Sequence record: MN047793.1
Reading direction: 5' to 3' (one strand)
DNA: 64,000 bases
Shown: piece by piece, positions 55,913 to 64,000 of the stretch
Layout of the letters: every line of letters begins with the position of its first letter
Numbering within the stretch: position 1 is the stretch's first letter
The notes under the pieces: generated by a model
Databases searched by the model: none
Told to the model about the DNA's origin: nothing
The model's input: the letters and a program-made list of their open reading frames with translations, nothing else
Program-made: the position numbers and the translations under genes

Positions 55913-56398
55913 ATGAAAATTCAATCAATTCTTAACGAAGATTTTGCTCCGACCACTCCTCCTACCGCTACTGATGATACTGGCGCGGCACCACAGACCC
56001 CCGTTGAAGACGGTGGTGATAGTCTTCGTTTCAATGATCTAAGTGCTGCACAAGTTGGTACCCTAAAGCGTATTGCTAGCGGTGCTATCGATGTTGATAG
56101 TGCTAGCGACAGTGACTATGACACTATGGTAGAACTAGCTGACCTCGGCCTTCTAGACCAAGAATATAATGTCAATGAACGTGGACAGAAAGTTATTGCT
56201 ATCGCCAAGCGTCTAGGCGGAAGCTCTGATATCTTAGCAGCCCGCGCTAAGCAAGATAAGTTACGTGGTGGGGCTGGTGCTCCTCAAGTTACTAATGATG
56301 GTGGTTTGGATACTGCCGATCTAGGTAATGATGTTCCTCCTGCTGAAGATTCCGAACTAGATGACGATGGTGAATACGATTTTCGTCTAAACCGTTAA
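55913..56398 (+). CDS. Hypothetical late protein, possible winged-helix core
   Basis: MKIQSILNE start; LSAAQVGTL...LADLGLL...VNERGQK. Confidence 0.6.
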   Translation: MKIQSILNEDFAPTTPPTATDDTGAAPQTPVEDGGDSLRFNDLSAAQVGTLKRIASGAIDVDSASDSDYDTMVELADLGLLDQEYNVNERGQKVIAIAKRLGGSSDILAARAKQDKLRGGAGAPQVTNDGGLDTADLGNDVPPAEDSELDDDGEYDFRLNR

Positions 56399-56420
56399 TT
56401 TTTGTTTTCACTCCTGAGAA

Positions 56421-56454
56421 CTAAAAAACCCACCGAAAGGTGGGTTATTTTTAG
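56421..56454. terminator. Bidirectional terminator, GAAA loop on plus strand
   Basis: AACCCACC-GAAA-GGTGGGTT with flanking A and T runs. Confidence 0.8.
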
Positions 56455-56467
56455 CAACAACTTTATA

Positions 56468-57103
56468 TTACTTGTTATACTTCAAATACTGCGCTACGAA
56501 TTCATGTACACTTTTCTTAATGTACTTCTGTGCATCAGGGTCGTGAAGAAGAGCCTCTGACAGACTAAGAATTTTGCGACCTGATTTAAGTTCTTCTAGT
56601 GCCTCATATACCGGCGTCGGGTAAGCACCTTGAGCCGATGGTGTAGCCACCAAATCAATCGTCTGTAGGTTGAAGTTAGATACGATAGATTCATTAACTA
56701 CGCCAGTACCACGACTAGATACACCATAACGAACGCCTGAATTAGCAAGCTCTTTAGCAATCTTACCGACTGGAGTATCTAGTAGCTTCATCTTACCATG
56801 AACGTTGGGGCCATCCATCCATACCTCAGTAATTACATGCGATACACATGCGAGGTTAATGGAAATTCGATCAGCGGGATGGTCCAATTCACCAAATACA
56901 CCGCCATACTCTTTGATACTCTGCTTCATCCCATTCACCGCCATAGACATTTCAGTCATAGGGTAAATACGACCATTACGGTTTTTTACATCAGCTTGCA
57001 TAACGATGCCTGATAAGAATACATTCTTACCGTCGTTTTGTGCTTCTGTAATAATATTACCTTGAGCAGCATTAAGATGCTCGACCAGAATCTTACTTTC
57101 CAT
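56468..57103 (-). CDS. gp21: Prohead protease
   Basis: NRNGRIYP, GELDHP, LLDTPVG, GVSSRG, DLVATPS. Confidence 0.95.
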   Translation of the reverse strand: MESKILVEHLNAAQGNIITEAQNDGKNVFLSGIVMQADVKNRNGRIYPMTEMSMAVNGMKQSIKEYGGVFGELDHPADRISINLACVSHVITEVWMDGPNVHGKMKLLDTPVGKIAKELANSGVRYGVSSRGTGVVNESIVSNFNLQTIDLVATPSAQGAYPTPVYEALEELKSGRKILSLSEALLHDPDAQKYIKKSVHEFVAQYLKYNK

Positions 57104-57516
57104 TACACATCCCCTCTTTTGGTGTATCGGCTGATTAGGAATGAGTACAACTCTTCCAATGCACTAAATTCTTTACTGAAGCGTCCACCATCTTCGATGA
57201 AATTGATACCGCTGTCGAAGTCAACCGGGTCACTTTGTAGTACACCGACCTGTTTACCTTCAACAAATACACGGTCTCCACGTAGACGCACTGGGCTATC
57301 CACTTGAGCATCAAACATCTCTGAAACTGCTACTAGCTTACTTTCCTGTACTGGCGTTGGTGCAGGTTCTACTACTGGTTCTACTACCGTAGTGTTATAT
57401 CCAAGCACTTCTTGAGTTTTAGCACTCACGTAAGTACTGAATGCAGCTTTTGCAGCTTCCATATCATCGTTGATGATGCCATCGATTACTGCGCTTAGTT
57501 GTTCACGTTTATCCAT
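57103..57516 (-). CDS. Hypothetical protein in prohead cluster (gp67/gp68 position)
   Basis: TAATG-coupled to gp21; synteny only. Confidence 0.5.
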   Translation of the reverse strand: MDKREQLSAVIDGIINDDMEAAKAAFSTYVSAKTQEVLGYNTTVVEPVVEPAPTPVQESKLVAVSEMFDAQVDSPVRLRGDRVFVEGKQVGVLQSDPVDFDSGINFIEDGGRFSKEFSALEELYSFLISRYTKRGDV

Positions 57517-57529
57517 TATTTTGGTCCTG

Positions 57530-57754
57530 TTATTGAATTGCGTTTACTATCTTTAAGTATGTAGATAGTTTATGGTGATCGCATACATCAGCCTTTTTAG
57601 TCGGCGTCTTTACTGGTTTTGATTCTTTAGATGTAGTAATTTTGTCAGACTGTTTTGACTGAACAACGTTATTACCAAATAATGTAGTATTAGGGTTTGC
57701 AATGTTTGCAAAATAAAACCCTGATTCATTTAAGTAGTCAGAAAATTTATTCAC
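57530..57754 (-). CDS. Small hypothetical protein
   Basis: Probable GTG start overlapping upstream stop giving MNKFSDYLNES. Confidence 0.45.
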   Translation of the reverse strand: MNKFSDYLNESGFYFANIANPNTTLFGNNVVQSKQSDKITTSKESKPVKTPTKKADVCDHHKLSTYLKIVNAIQ

Positions 57755-58097
57755 CACCGCCACCTTCTCCTCCACCATCAGATTCCCCAGTATTGGAGTT
57801 ACTGTTGTGCCATCCAGCAGGAGCTATGCCTGTCCCATGCTTACCTTTAGCAAGCGTCGGTAGTTTCTTCTTTTTTGTGGGAATTGTTTTCGTGGTGAAT
57901 ACGTTAGGTACTGTTGCTCCACCGTCCGGTGCACCCGGTAATGTACGGGTCTTTACATTACCGAAATCTTCGGAAACCACGTCTCCCTTTAATAGGGTGC
58001 GTACTCGACTTTCCAAATACGCCTTTAAATGGATACTCGCTTGTTCTGTCTGTCCCAAGCGAAACGCTTCCAACATTTTCTGTAAATCTACATTCAT
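57747..58097 (-). CDS. Hypothetical late protein with Gly/Glu tail
   Basis: AGAG SD-like, AATAAATA at 58119..58126. Confidence 0.55.
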   Translation of the reverse strand: MNVDLQKMLEAFRLGQTEQASIHLKAYLESRVRTLLKGDVVSEDFGNVKTRTLPGAPDGGATVPNVFTTKTIPTKKKKLPTLAKGKHGTGIAPAGWHNSNSNTGESDGGGEGGGGE

Positions 58098-58147
58098 AAT
58101 AATTCTCTATTGTAGATTTATTTATTACACCAACAGTTATCCGTTAC

Positions 58148-59914
58148 TTATTTTGGCTGATTTTGATTATTTTGTTGAGGTTTAGGTGTATTAGGTTGGT
58201 TGCCGCCTTTAGCTGATGCTCCTGCGTTACCTTCATCTCCTGCATCAGGATTATCAGTATCAACATTGTTACCATCTAGTCCAGAATCATCACCGAGTTC
58301 ATCTAGGCCAGCCTGATCCCCGCCGCCACCTTGGAACCCTCCACCGCCTCCACCGCCAGCTAGACCACCGTCAAATCCACCAGCTTCTGCATCCTCTGGG
58401 AAATAAAGAATTGGTAGGTCACGAATACTGTCCTTATTCGGGTCAATACCACGCTCTTCCCGTAGCATACGTTCATTGGTGTTGATTTCTTCCTCAGTTA
58501 ACTGTCCGTACTTCTTCATAGCAAATCGCTTAGAGAAGTGTCCAATACCATCAGCAGAAATTAACGTATTAAGTAGTTCAGTATCCATCTGCTGCTCTTT
58601 AGACTTAGAGAAGTTGGACGGTTGTGGTAACTCTAAATGATATAGCGACGGGTCAATACGAATATTATTGTCATGTAGGAATCGCTTAAATTCTTTATCA
58701 AATACTTTTTCGATATTCGCTTGTAAACGTTCGATATACAATGAAAACTTAATTTCTTGAAGATATGCAATACCTACACGACCATCATTGAAAATAGCTC
58801 CGCCGTCAGATGAACCATTAATATAAGATTGGGGGATGCGTAACCCCATCCACATCTTATTGAAGAAGTAATCTAGGTCTTGTAGTTCACCTAAGTTCTG
58901 TCCGCCAGGAAGTACGTCTACACGACTACCTTTACCCTCATGGTTTTCAGAGAAAAAGAAATCCTCATTCATTGATGCTGGATTATAAATGCTATCAATT
59001 GAACTAGTTCCGTCAGAATTTTTAGCCGGAATCTTCTTCTGTTTAATTTCGTTTCTAATTTGTTCTAAATGTGTTGCCACTTTATGTGGCGGCATTCTAC
59101 CAGTATTAATAGTGAATACTCGACGCTCTGGTGCACGTTGAACACGATAAATGATTAACGCATCTTCTAGAAGTTCTTTTTGCTTAAACGCTTTATATGA
59201 TGTACGTAAAATAGAATTACCGAATGGTGCTTCATCACTCATATCATCACTTAAAGTGAAGCGAATAACATCATCCTTATCAAATACACTTACCGCATTA
59301 TCACCAATATGATTATTACTTGATAGATTAAAAGCAACTCCCATACTAGCCATTTGAGGAACGGCCGTTTTGGAATCACTCTTAATATGCCAGCCCTTGA
59401 CATCAGTAATATCAATTTCTGAAACTATAGCTCCAATAACACTCTTTGGATGTACGACAATATACTTACCATTCTTCTTTTTTGGTCTAAAAAAGAATAA
59501 GTCGCCATATTTTACTGTATTTCTACAAATTGGAAACATACGGTCTCTCCAATTATGGAGTACGCACCATGTTTTTAATGCCGCTTTTAACGTAGTTACT
59601 GTATTAGCCGGTACTAGGTTATTACCACTAGGCGTTACCGTTAATTGTAACGGCTCATGATTTTTGCCGTTATTACCGCACATCTCTTCTGCAATAATAT
59701 CTAATGCCATAGCAACATGAACGTCATTATCCATAACATCATATTCTCGGTATCGATGTAAACGAGAGGATGACCCTTGAACTAGGCGATTATACCAAGC
59801 ATGATTACCATAAGCTCCCGAACCGGTAGTGTCGTGACTATCGAGAGTGTCCACTCCTTGCGGATTAGGAGTTACGATTTTATAAAATGATGTTACTTTA
59901 GGGGTCATTGACAT
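58148..59914 (-). CDS. gp20: Portal protein
   Basis: EDALIIYRVQRAPERRVF, EDFFF, LPGGQNLGE, L.IP.S; CATAAATA at 59935..59942. Confidence 0.95.
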   Translation of the reverse strand: MSMTPKVTSFYKIVTPNPQGVDTLDSHDTTGSGAYGNHAWYNRLVQGSSSRLHRYREYDVMDNDVHVAMALDIIAEEMCGNNGKNHEPLQLTVTPSGNNLVPANTVTTLKAALKTWCVLHNWRDRMFPICRNTVKYGDLFFFRPKKKNGKYIVVHPKSVIGAIVSEIDITDVKGWHIKSDSKTAVPQMASMGVAFNLSSNNHIGDNAVSVFDKDDVIRFTLSDDMSDEAPFGNSILRTSYKAFKQKELLEDALIIYRVQRAPERRVFTINTGRMPPHKVATHLEQIRNEIKQKKIPAKNSDGTSSIDSIYNPASMNEDFFFSENHEGKGSRVDVLPGGQNLGELQDLDYFFNKMWMGLRIPQSYINGSSDGGAIFNDGRVGIAYLQEIKFSLYIERLQANIEKVFDKEFKRFLHDNNIRIDPSLYHLELPQPSNFSKSKEQQMDTELLNTLISADGIGHFSKRFAMKKYGQLTEEEINTNERMLREERGIDPNKDSIRDLPILYFPEDAEAGGFDGGLAGGGGGGGFQGGGGDQAGLDELGDDSGLDGNNVDTDNPDAGDEGNAGASAKGGNQPNTPKPQQNNQNQPK

Positions 59915-59965
59915 AGATATTCTTTAGCTTTGGTTATTTATGGCGGTCCGGATATAGTGAGCAGA

Positions 59966-62689
59966 TTAGAATTTAGACATATACGTTTCTTGCAGCGAAT
60001 CAATCTGCTGTTGGGCACGAGTGCGTACATTCTCATGAGCACGGTCTCTCTCTTCCCGTTCACGATCTTCTTTCTTAGCGCCCTTCATTTCACCTAATGC
60101 TTCTTCTTGGATAGCTACCAATCTATTCATAGGGTCTAACTGATTAGCAGGTATCGCGTTACCATCAGCATCACGTTGAATATTATTAACACCATCAATA
60201 GCTACATTAATACCATTATTACGCTTACCATCTACCAATGAGCTATTTCTACTACGAGTAGCCGCACTAACTAATTGATTAAGTTGCTGAACTGCTGCTG
60301 CACGATCAGCCTCTTCTTCCTGTACATTTCCGAAAATCGTACCGTTCCATGTACCAACCTGCCGCATACGGACAAATTCGTCTATATCGCTTTGGTCATA
60401 CTTTCCAGTTTTAGATACACGGTCAGCAATTCCAGACCATGAAGAACTGTTTTGGTTACCAGCCCAGTCAGAAATCGCAGTAGCTCCATATCCAAGTGGG
60501 TTCAGTATTTTACTTACGTTTTTGTAGAGGTTGTTGTCACTGTAGTAGGCATCCTGGCCTTGGCTACTCGCCATCGAGCCTATACCCCATCCTGCGGCTC
60601 CAGCAAGACCTACACCACCCAATCGTGATCCTACACCAGCTGCCGCCGCTCCAGCGCCACCACCGGCTCCTAGTCCGAACAAGCTACCTAATCGTGCTCC
60701 TAGTCCGGCTCCAGCGCCCGCACCGCCACCAGCCCCAAACACGGAGCCTACCGCACGAGACGCGTACTTACTAATCAAATACGTCTTTGCCACATCACCT
60801 ACCGTGTTAGCAGCACCCATTAGCATTCCGGCTCCTGGGGCTTTAGTACCTCCACGAATAGTTTCAGAAAATTCCTGCACGGCCAAATCGAATTTAGAAA
60901 CACTGTCCTGTTGTAACTTGGCATTAGTGTCCATAGTCTTCGTGAAATCCTCGAAACTGATGTTTCCACGAGAATTACGAATATTCTGTGCCGCAATGTC
61001 AGCCTCACCACCAGACGCAATATCATAACCAGCGTTTCTCTGGAAGATGTCTGAGATAAGTTGGGTACGCATAAAATCACTAATACCTGCGGAGAATCCA
61101 CCGTTTCGTGCAGTATTAGATGAACCGGCCCGGTTCGCATTATTAAAACTATTGCGACGGGCACGTAGTTCAGCATATGAAGTCTTTTCACTAGCATTCA
61201 AATCGAAACCAGCATCACCACGTCTAAGGATATCGGTCTCTAATGAGGATTGTGTTCCACCTTGGCGGACAAATTCATTAGATGCCAATTGGGAGAATAT
61301 ACCCTTACGGATTCTGTCCCCAATATCGGCATATCGTGCATTATGACGCATCTGTTCCTGTTGCTGCATGAATTGGATGTCATAACCCATCCACTTCACT
61401 AACTGCATTCTAGTTGCTAATTCTTTTTGGATGGCAGCTTGTTGTTCTAAAGTACCCGCCTTACTGAAATCTAATAAATTAGATGTCTGGGTAGAGTAGT
61501 CCTGAATCATTGCAGCAGCTTCTTGAATCGTTCCACCAAATGATTGTTGGATGCGTTGAGCATCCTTTTGTAGGGTAGAGTTCAAATCGCTGTCAAATTT
61601 ACGGCCAGTACGATACGCACTACGCATCATCCCTTGGGTAAAGTCTAAGGCTTCCTTACCTGTGATACCAACCATCTTAGCCTGATCAGCCCAAGTCTTT
61701 AGTGTACCGTCAGAAACCGAATTAACCCGCTTACCAAATTCGCTGATTACATTTAGTACATCACGATTCGTAGCACGGAATTGGTTCAATTCATCTGAAG
61801 ATACGCCCATACCAAACGACTGCATGTACTGGTTTTCTGTAAAACCTGTCTGTAGTCTTGATTGTATGAAGTTAGGTACCGACTTTACATCATTGATTGC
61901 TCCCGAGCCAATACTCTTAGTGAAATTGGACAAAGAACTCTGAAAGTCTTTTTTGGCCTTATTTAAACTATTAGTAAGATCCGCAAGGAAGTTTTTATTT
62001 AACGCACTAATAGCAGCATACTGTTCATTTAACTGCTCAACACCTAAACGGGCATTATCCGTTAACTTGGTACCAGAGTTTGACAGCAGACGTTTTAGAA
62101 ATTTATCTAATGGTCCATTAATAAATGCATCAGCACCATGGACGCCACTTTGCTCAACCTTGGCACGTGCGTCCTGAATTTTTTTCAGCTTGGCATTAAA
62201 CACTACCTGATTAGCAGCATAATGCTCTTGGTTTTGAACAAGGTCATTAACTGCTTCCGTTAATTCTGCATAGTCAGAATTTAGTTCAGTTAGCTTCTTT
62301 ACGTTACCGCCGACTGCCTTGATATAATCCATACCTTGCTTCGCAGCTTTAGCATAAATCTGACTTTGGGTTTCAGCGGCATTTTGAACAACATCCTCTA
62401 AATTAGAAAATGCTTTATTCAATGGGTTTATGGACTTAATGGTTTCCTTAAAATGGTCAGCAATACTTCTTCCACCACTTTTGAATGACTGCTGAAGCTC
62501 TTCTAAATTTTTAGCAATAGCAAGAAGATTTTCATTTGTCTGTTGGATGGATTTATTACTACCTCCACGGCTTGGTCGAGAGCTACCAGACCCATTATTA
62601 CCCGAAAATGAGTTTCGGCTCTTTAGTTGGTTAGTTAGTTCTTCAACCGCTTTTCGCAGTAATTCTAAATTTCGATCAGTCTGTGACAT
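59966..62689 (-). CDS. Large helical virion protein, tape-measure-like
   Basis: 907 aa, long alpha-helical/coiled-coil character, Gly/Ala-rich hydrophobic stretch; AATAAATA at 62719..62726. Confidence 0.45.
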   Translation of the reverse strand: MSQTDRNLELLRKAVEELTNQLKSRNSFSGNNGSGSSRPSRGGSNKSIQQTNENLLAIAKNLEELQQSFKSGGRSIADHFKETIKSINPLNKAFSNLEDVVQNAAETQSQIYAKAAKQGMDYIKAVGGNVKKLTELNSDYAELTEAVNDLVQNQEHYAANQVVFNAKLKKIQDARAKVEQSGVHGADAFINGPLDKFLKRLLSNSGTKLTDNARLGVEQLNEQYAAISALNKNFLADLTNSLNKAKKDFQSSLSNFTKSIGSGAINDVKSVPNFIQSRLQTGFTENQYMQSFGMGVSSDELNQFRATNRDVLNVISEFGKRVNSVSDGTLKTWADQAKMVGITGKEALDFTQGMMRSAYRTGRKFDSDLNSTLQKDAQRIQQSFGGTIQEAAAMIQDYSTQTSNLLDFSKAGTLEQQAAIQKELATRMQLVKWMGYDIQFMQQQEQMRHNARYADIGDRIRKGIFSQLASNEFVRQGGTQSSLETDILRRGDAGFDLNASEKTSYAELRARRNSFNNANRAGSSNTARNGGFSAGISDFMRTQLISDIFQRNAGYDIASGGEADIAAQNIRNSRGNISFEDFTKTMDTNAKLQQDSVSKFDLAVQEFSETIRGGTKAPGAGMLMGAANTVGDVAKTYLISKYASRAVGSVFGAGGGAGAGAGLGARLGSLFGLGAGGGAGAAAAGVGSRLGGVGLAGAAGWGIGSMASSQGQDAYYSDNNLYKNVSKILNPLGYGATAISDWAGNQNSSSWSGIADRVSKTGKYDQSDIDEFVRMRQVGTWNGTIFGNVQEEEADRAAAVQQLNQLVSAATRSRNSSLVDGKRNNGINVAIDGVNNIQRDADGNAIPANQLDPMNRLVAIQEEALGEMKGAKKEDREREERDRAHENVRTRAQQQIDSLQETYMSKF

Positions 62690-62749
62690 TGGATAAGTAA
62701 GCCATTAAGGTTATAGTGTATTTATTTGCTTACCATTTTCATAAAGTAG

Positions 62750-62778
62750 TTGACATTATATTTGAATATAGATATTAT
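62750..62778 (+). promoter_or_regulatory. Sigma70-type promoter for the late sigma gene
   Basis: TTGACA-N17-TATTAT. Confidence 0.75.
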
Positions 62779-62809
62779 ACGTACATCGGCTCTATACAGG
62801 AATTTACTT

Positions 62810-63397
62810 ATGACCGAACTTAAGACCAAGAAAAAGAAGAACTATATTAATAACTCTGACCTTCTGATTGAAATCGAGAAGAGTCATAAGCAAAACCGTA
62901 TGACTGAAGAACTCGGAAATATGCTATTGCTGCTAAACAAACGGTATATCCAAATTCCTCGTTTTGCGAAATATACGTACACTGATGATATGCAAGGCTT
63001 TGCTCTTCTTACATTATGTAAGATTTGGAAAGGTTTCGATGCATCAAAAAGTCAAAATCCATTCGCGTATTTTACCCAATGTATCCATAATGCATACTTC
63101 CAGTTTAATAACTTAGAACGTAAGCAGCGAGATATTAAGGATGAGATTCGTATCAATAATGGCCTAAACGCATCATTTAACTATGCGGACCGAATGAATG
63201 CAGATTCGAGCGACAGCGATGCCAGTGGTGACATAGATTATATGGACATTCATGACTCTATCGATCCATATAAGGAAGATAGTGCATATGATCCCACTGC
63301 TCCAGGCGAAGTCATTGTTTTGGATGCTGCCGAAATCAAGGTTCTTGAAATTGGTGCAGAGTTTTTCAGTGATGATGTAATTGGTGAAATCGATTAA
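62810..63397 (+). CDS. gp55: Late-transcription sigma factor (gp55-like)
   Basis: NYINNSDL, YTYTDDM, FDASKSQNPFAYFTQ, ERKQRDIK; start ATG 62810 after AGGA. Confidence 0.88.
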   Translation: MTELKTKKKKNYINNSDLLIEIEKSHKQNRMTEELGNMLLLLNKRYIQIPRFAKYTYTDDMQGFALLTLCKIWKGFDASKSQNPFAYFTQCIHNAYFQFNNLERKQRDIKDEIRINNGLNASFNYADRMNADSSDSDASGDIDYMDIHDSIDPYKEDSAYDPTAPGEVIVLDAAEIKVLEIGAEFFSDDVIGEID

Positions 63398-63424
63398 AAA
63401 AAGGCCCGCTAAGCGGGCCTTTTT
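63398..63424. terminator. Bidirectional terminator
   Basis: AAAAAGGCCCGC-TAA-GCGGGCCTTTTT between convergent genes. Confidence 0.85.
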
Positions 63425-63999
63425 TATGCTACATCTTCTTCTGAATTAAGGATGGTAGAGAACCCATTCCTTAATTCAATTTCAAGTCTGCTATCGAACA
63501 TGTTACTTACTTCATCACGGTGTGAGATAACAAACATACTTAACTTGTTCTCAATACCAATAGCCTTGATCATCTTCGCCGCAAGGGATACTCCGACGTT
63601 ACCAAGACCCACGTCTAGGCACTCATCAAGGATACAGAGGTTGATACGTCCGAAACGTGACTGGAGTACGTCACGGAACGCGAACGCAAGGCATAGATTC
63701 ACACGGGCCTTCTGACCCGCAGAGAAATTACCATACTCATAAGGCTCAGAGAACTGAGAAATAGACACGTCCATTTGTTCAGTAAACTGAATTTTGTGAG
63801 GCAGTCCAATCTTATCCAAATTATAGCGGAGCCTACTGTTCAACAGGGGGATGCTCTTGTTAAGTAAGGCTTTACGTACAAATGAATCTTTTTTGGTCAA
63901 CAACTTCAGCAAGAAGTCTTGATGCTTAATCTTCTTATCTAGAACGTTAACGCGATCATGGTCTGCTGCTTCCAGCACCGTTTCCTTTAACGAATCGAC
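63424..63999 (-). CDS. gp46: Recombination endonuclease ATPase subunit (gp46/SbcC/Rad50-like), C-terminal part; 5' end outside window
   Basis: FSAGQK signature, ILDECLD Walker B/D-loop, VISHR; frame open to window edge. Confidence 0.9.
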   Translation of the reverse strand, partial: VDSLKETVLEAADHDRVNVLDKKIKHQDFLLKLLTKKDSFVRKALLNKSIPLLNSRLRYNLDKIGLPHKIQFTEQMDVSISQFSEPYEYGNFSAGQKARVNLCLAFAFRDVLQSRFGRINLCILDECLDVGLGNVGVSLAAKMIKAIGIENKLSMFVISHRDEVSNMFDSRLEIELRNGFSTILNSEEDVA

Positions 64000-64000
64000 T

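Noticed and set aside
57747-57900. Gly/Ser/Asn-rich tail as a RiPP-like precursor peptide
   Set aside because: No modifying enzymes nearby; gene sits in the portal-protease cluster, so a flexible head-protein tail is more likely
1-64000. Stop-codon reassignment, tRNA genes, integrase or transposase
   Set aside because: Core genes are full length in the standard code and use TAA, TGA and TAG as stops; intergenic gaps are too short or lack cloverleaf motifs; no recombinase motifs recognised

Overview
A 64-kb, almost fully coding segment of a large lytic tailed phage with a T4-like core (jumbo-myovirus type), mostly on the minus strand, read in the standard genetic code. It carries head genes (portal, prohead protease, scaffold, major capsid, large and probable small terminase, gp13/gp14-like neck proteins), replication/recombination genes (gp41 helicase, gp32, UvsX/Y/W, clamp loader gp44/gp62, gp46 C-terminus), late sigma gp55 with many TAAATA late-promoter motifs, dispersed lysis genes (GH19 endolysin, spanin pair, holin candidate) and accessory enzymes (Bfd, Pth2, two GroES-like proteins, class-3 lipase, MazG fusion, SLOG-Nudix-HAD-NADAR block). 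Most unusual observations: (1) a minimal DNA polymerase III alpha (DnaE) core split at the palm into two genes about 14 kb apart, with a free-standing degenerate Hint-like gene two genes upstream of the N-half; (2) a tandem array of six paralogous fibre-like genes with a shared N-terminal module, Pro/Thr linkers and different tips; (3) two ATPase-only terminase paralogs with degenerate P-loops and a second capsid paralog; (4) a dispersed set of late proteins with capsid-targeting-like N-termini. No tRNA, rRNA, CRISPR array, integrase or transposase was recognised. All product calls come from motif recognition by eye, without database searches.
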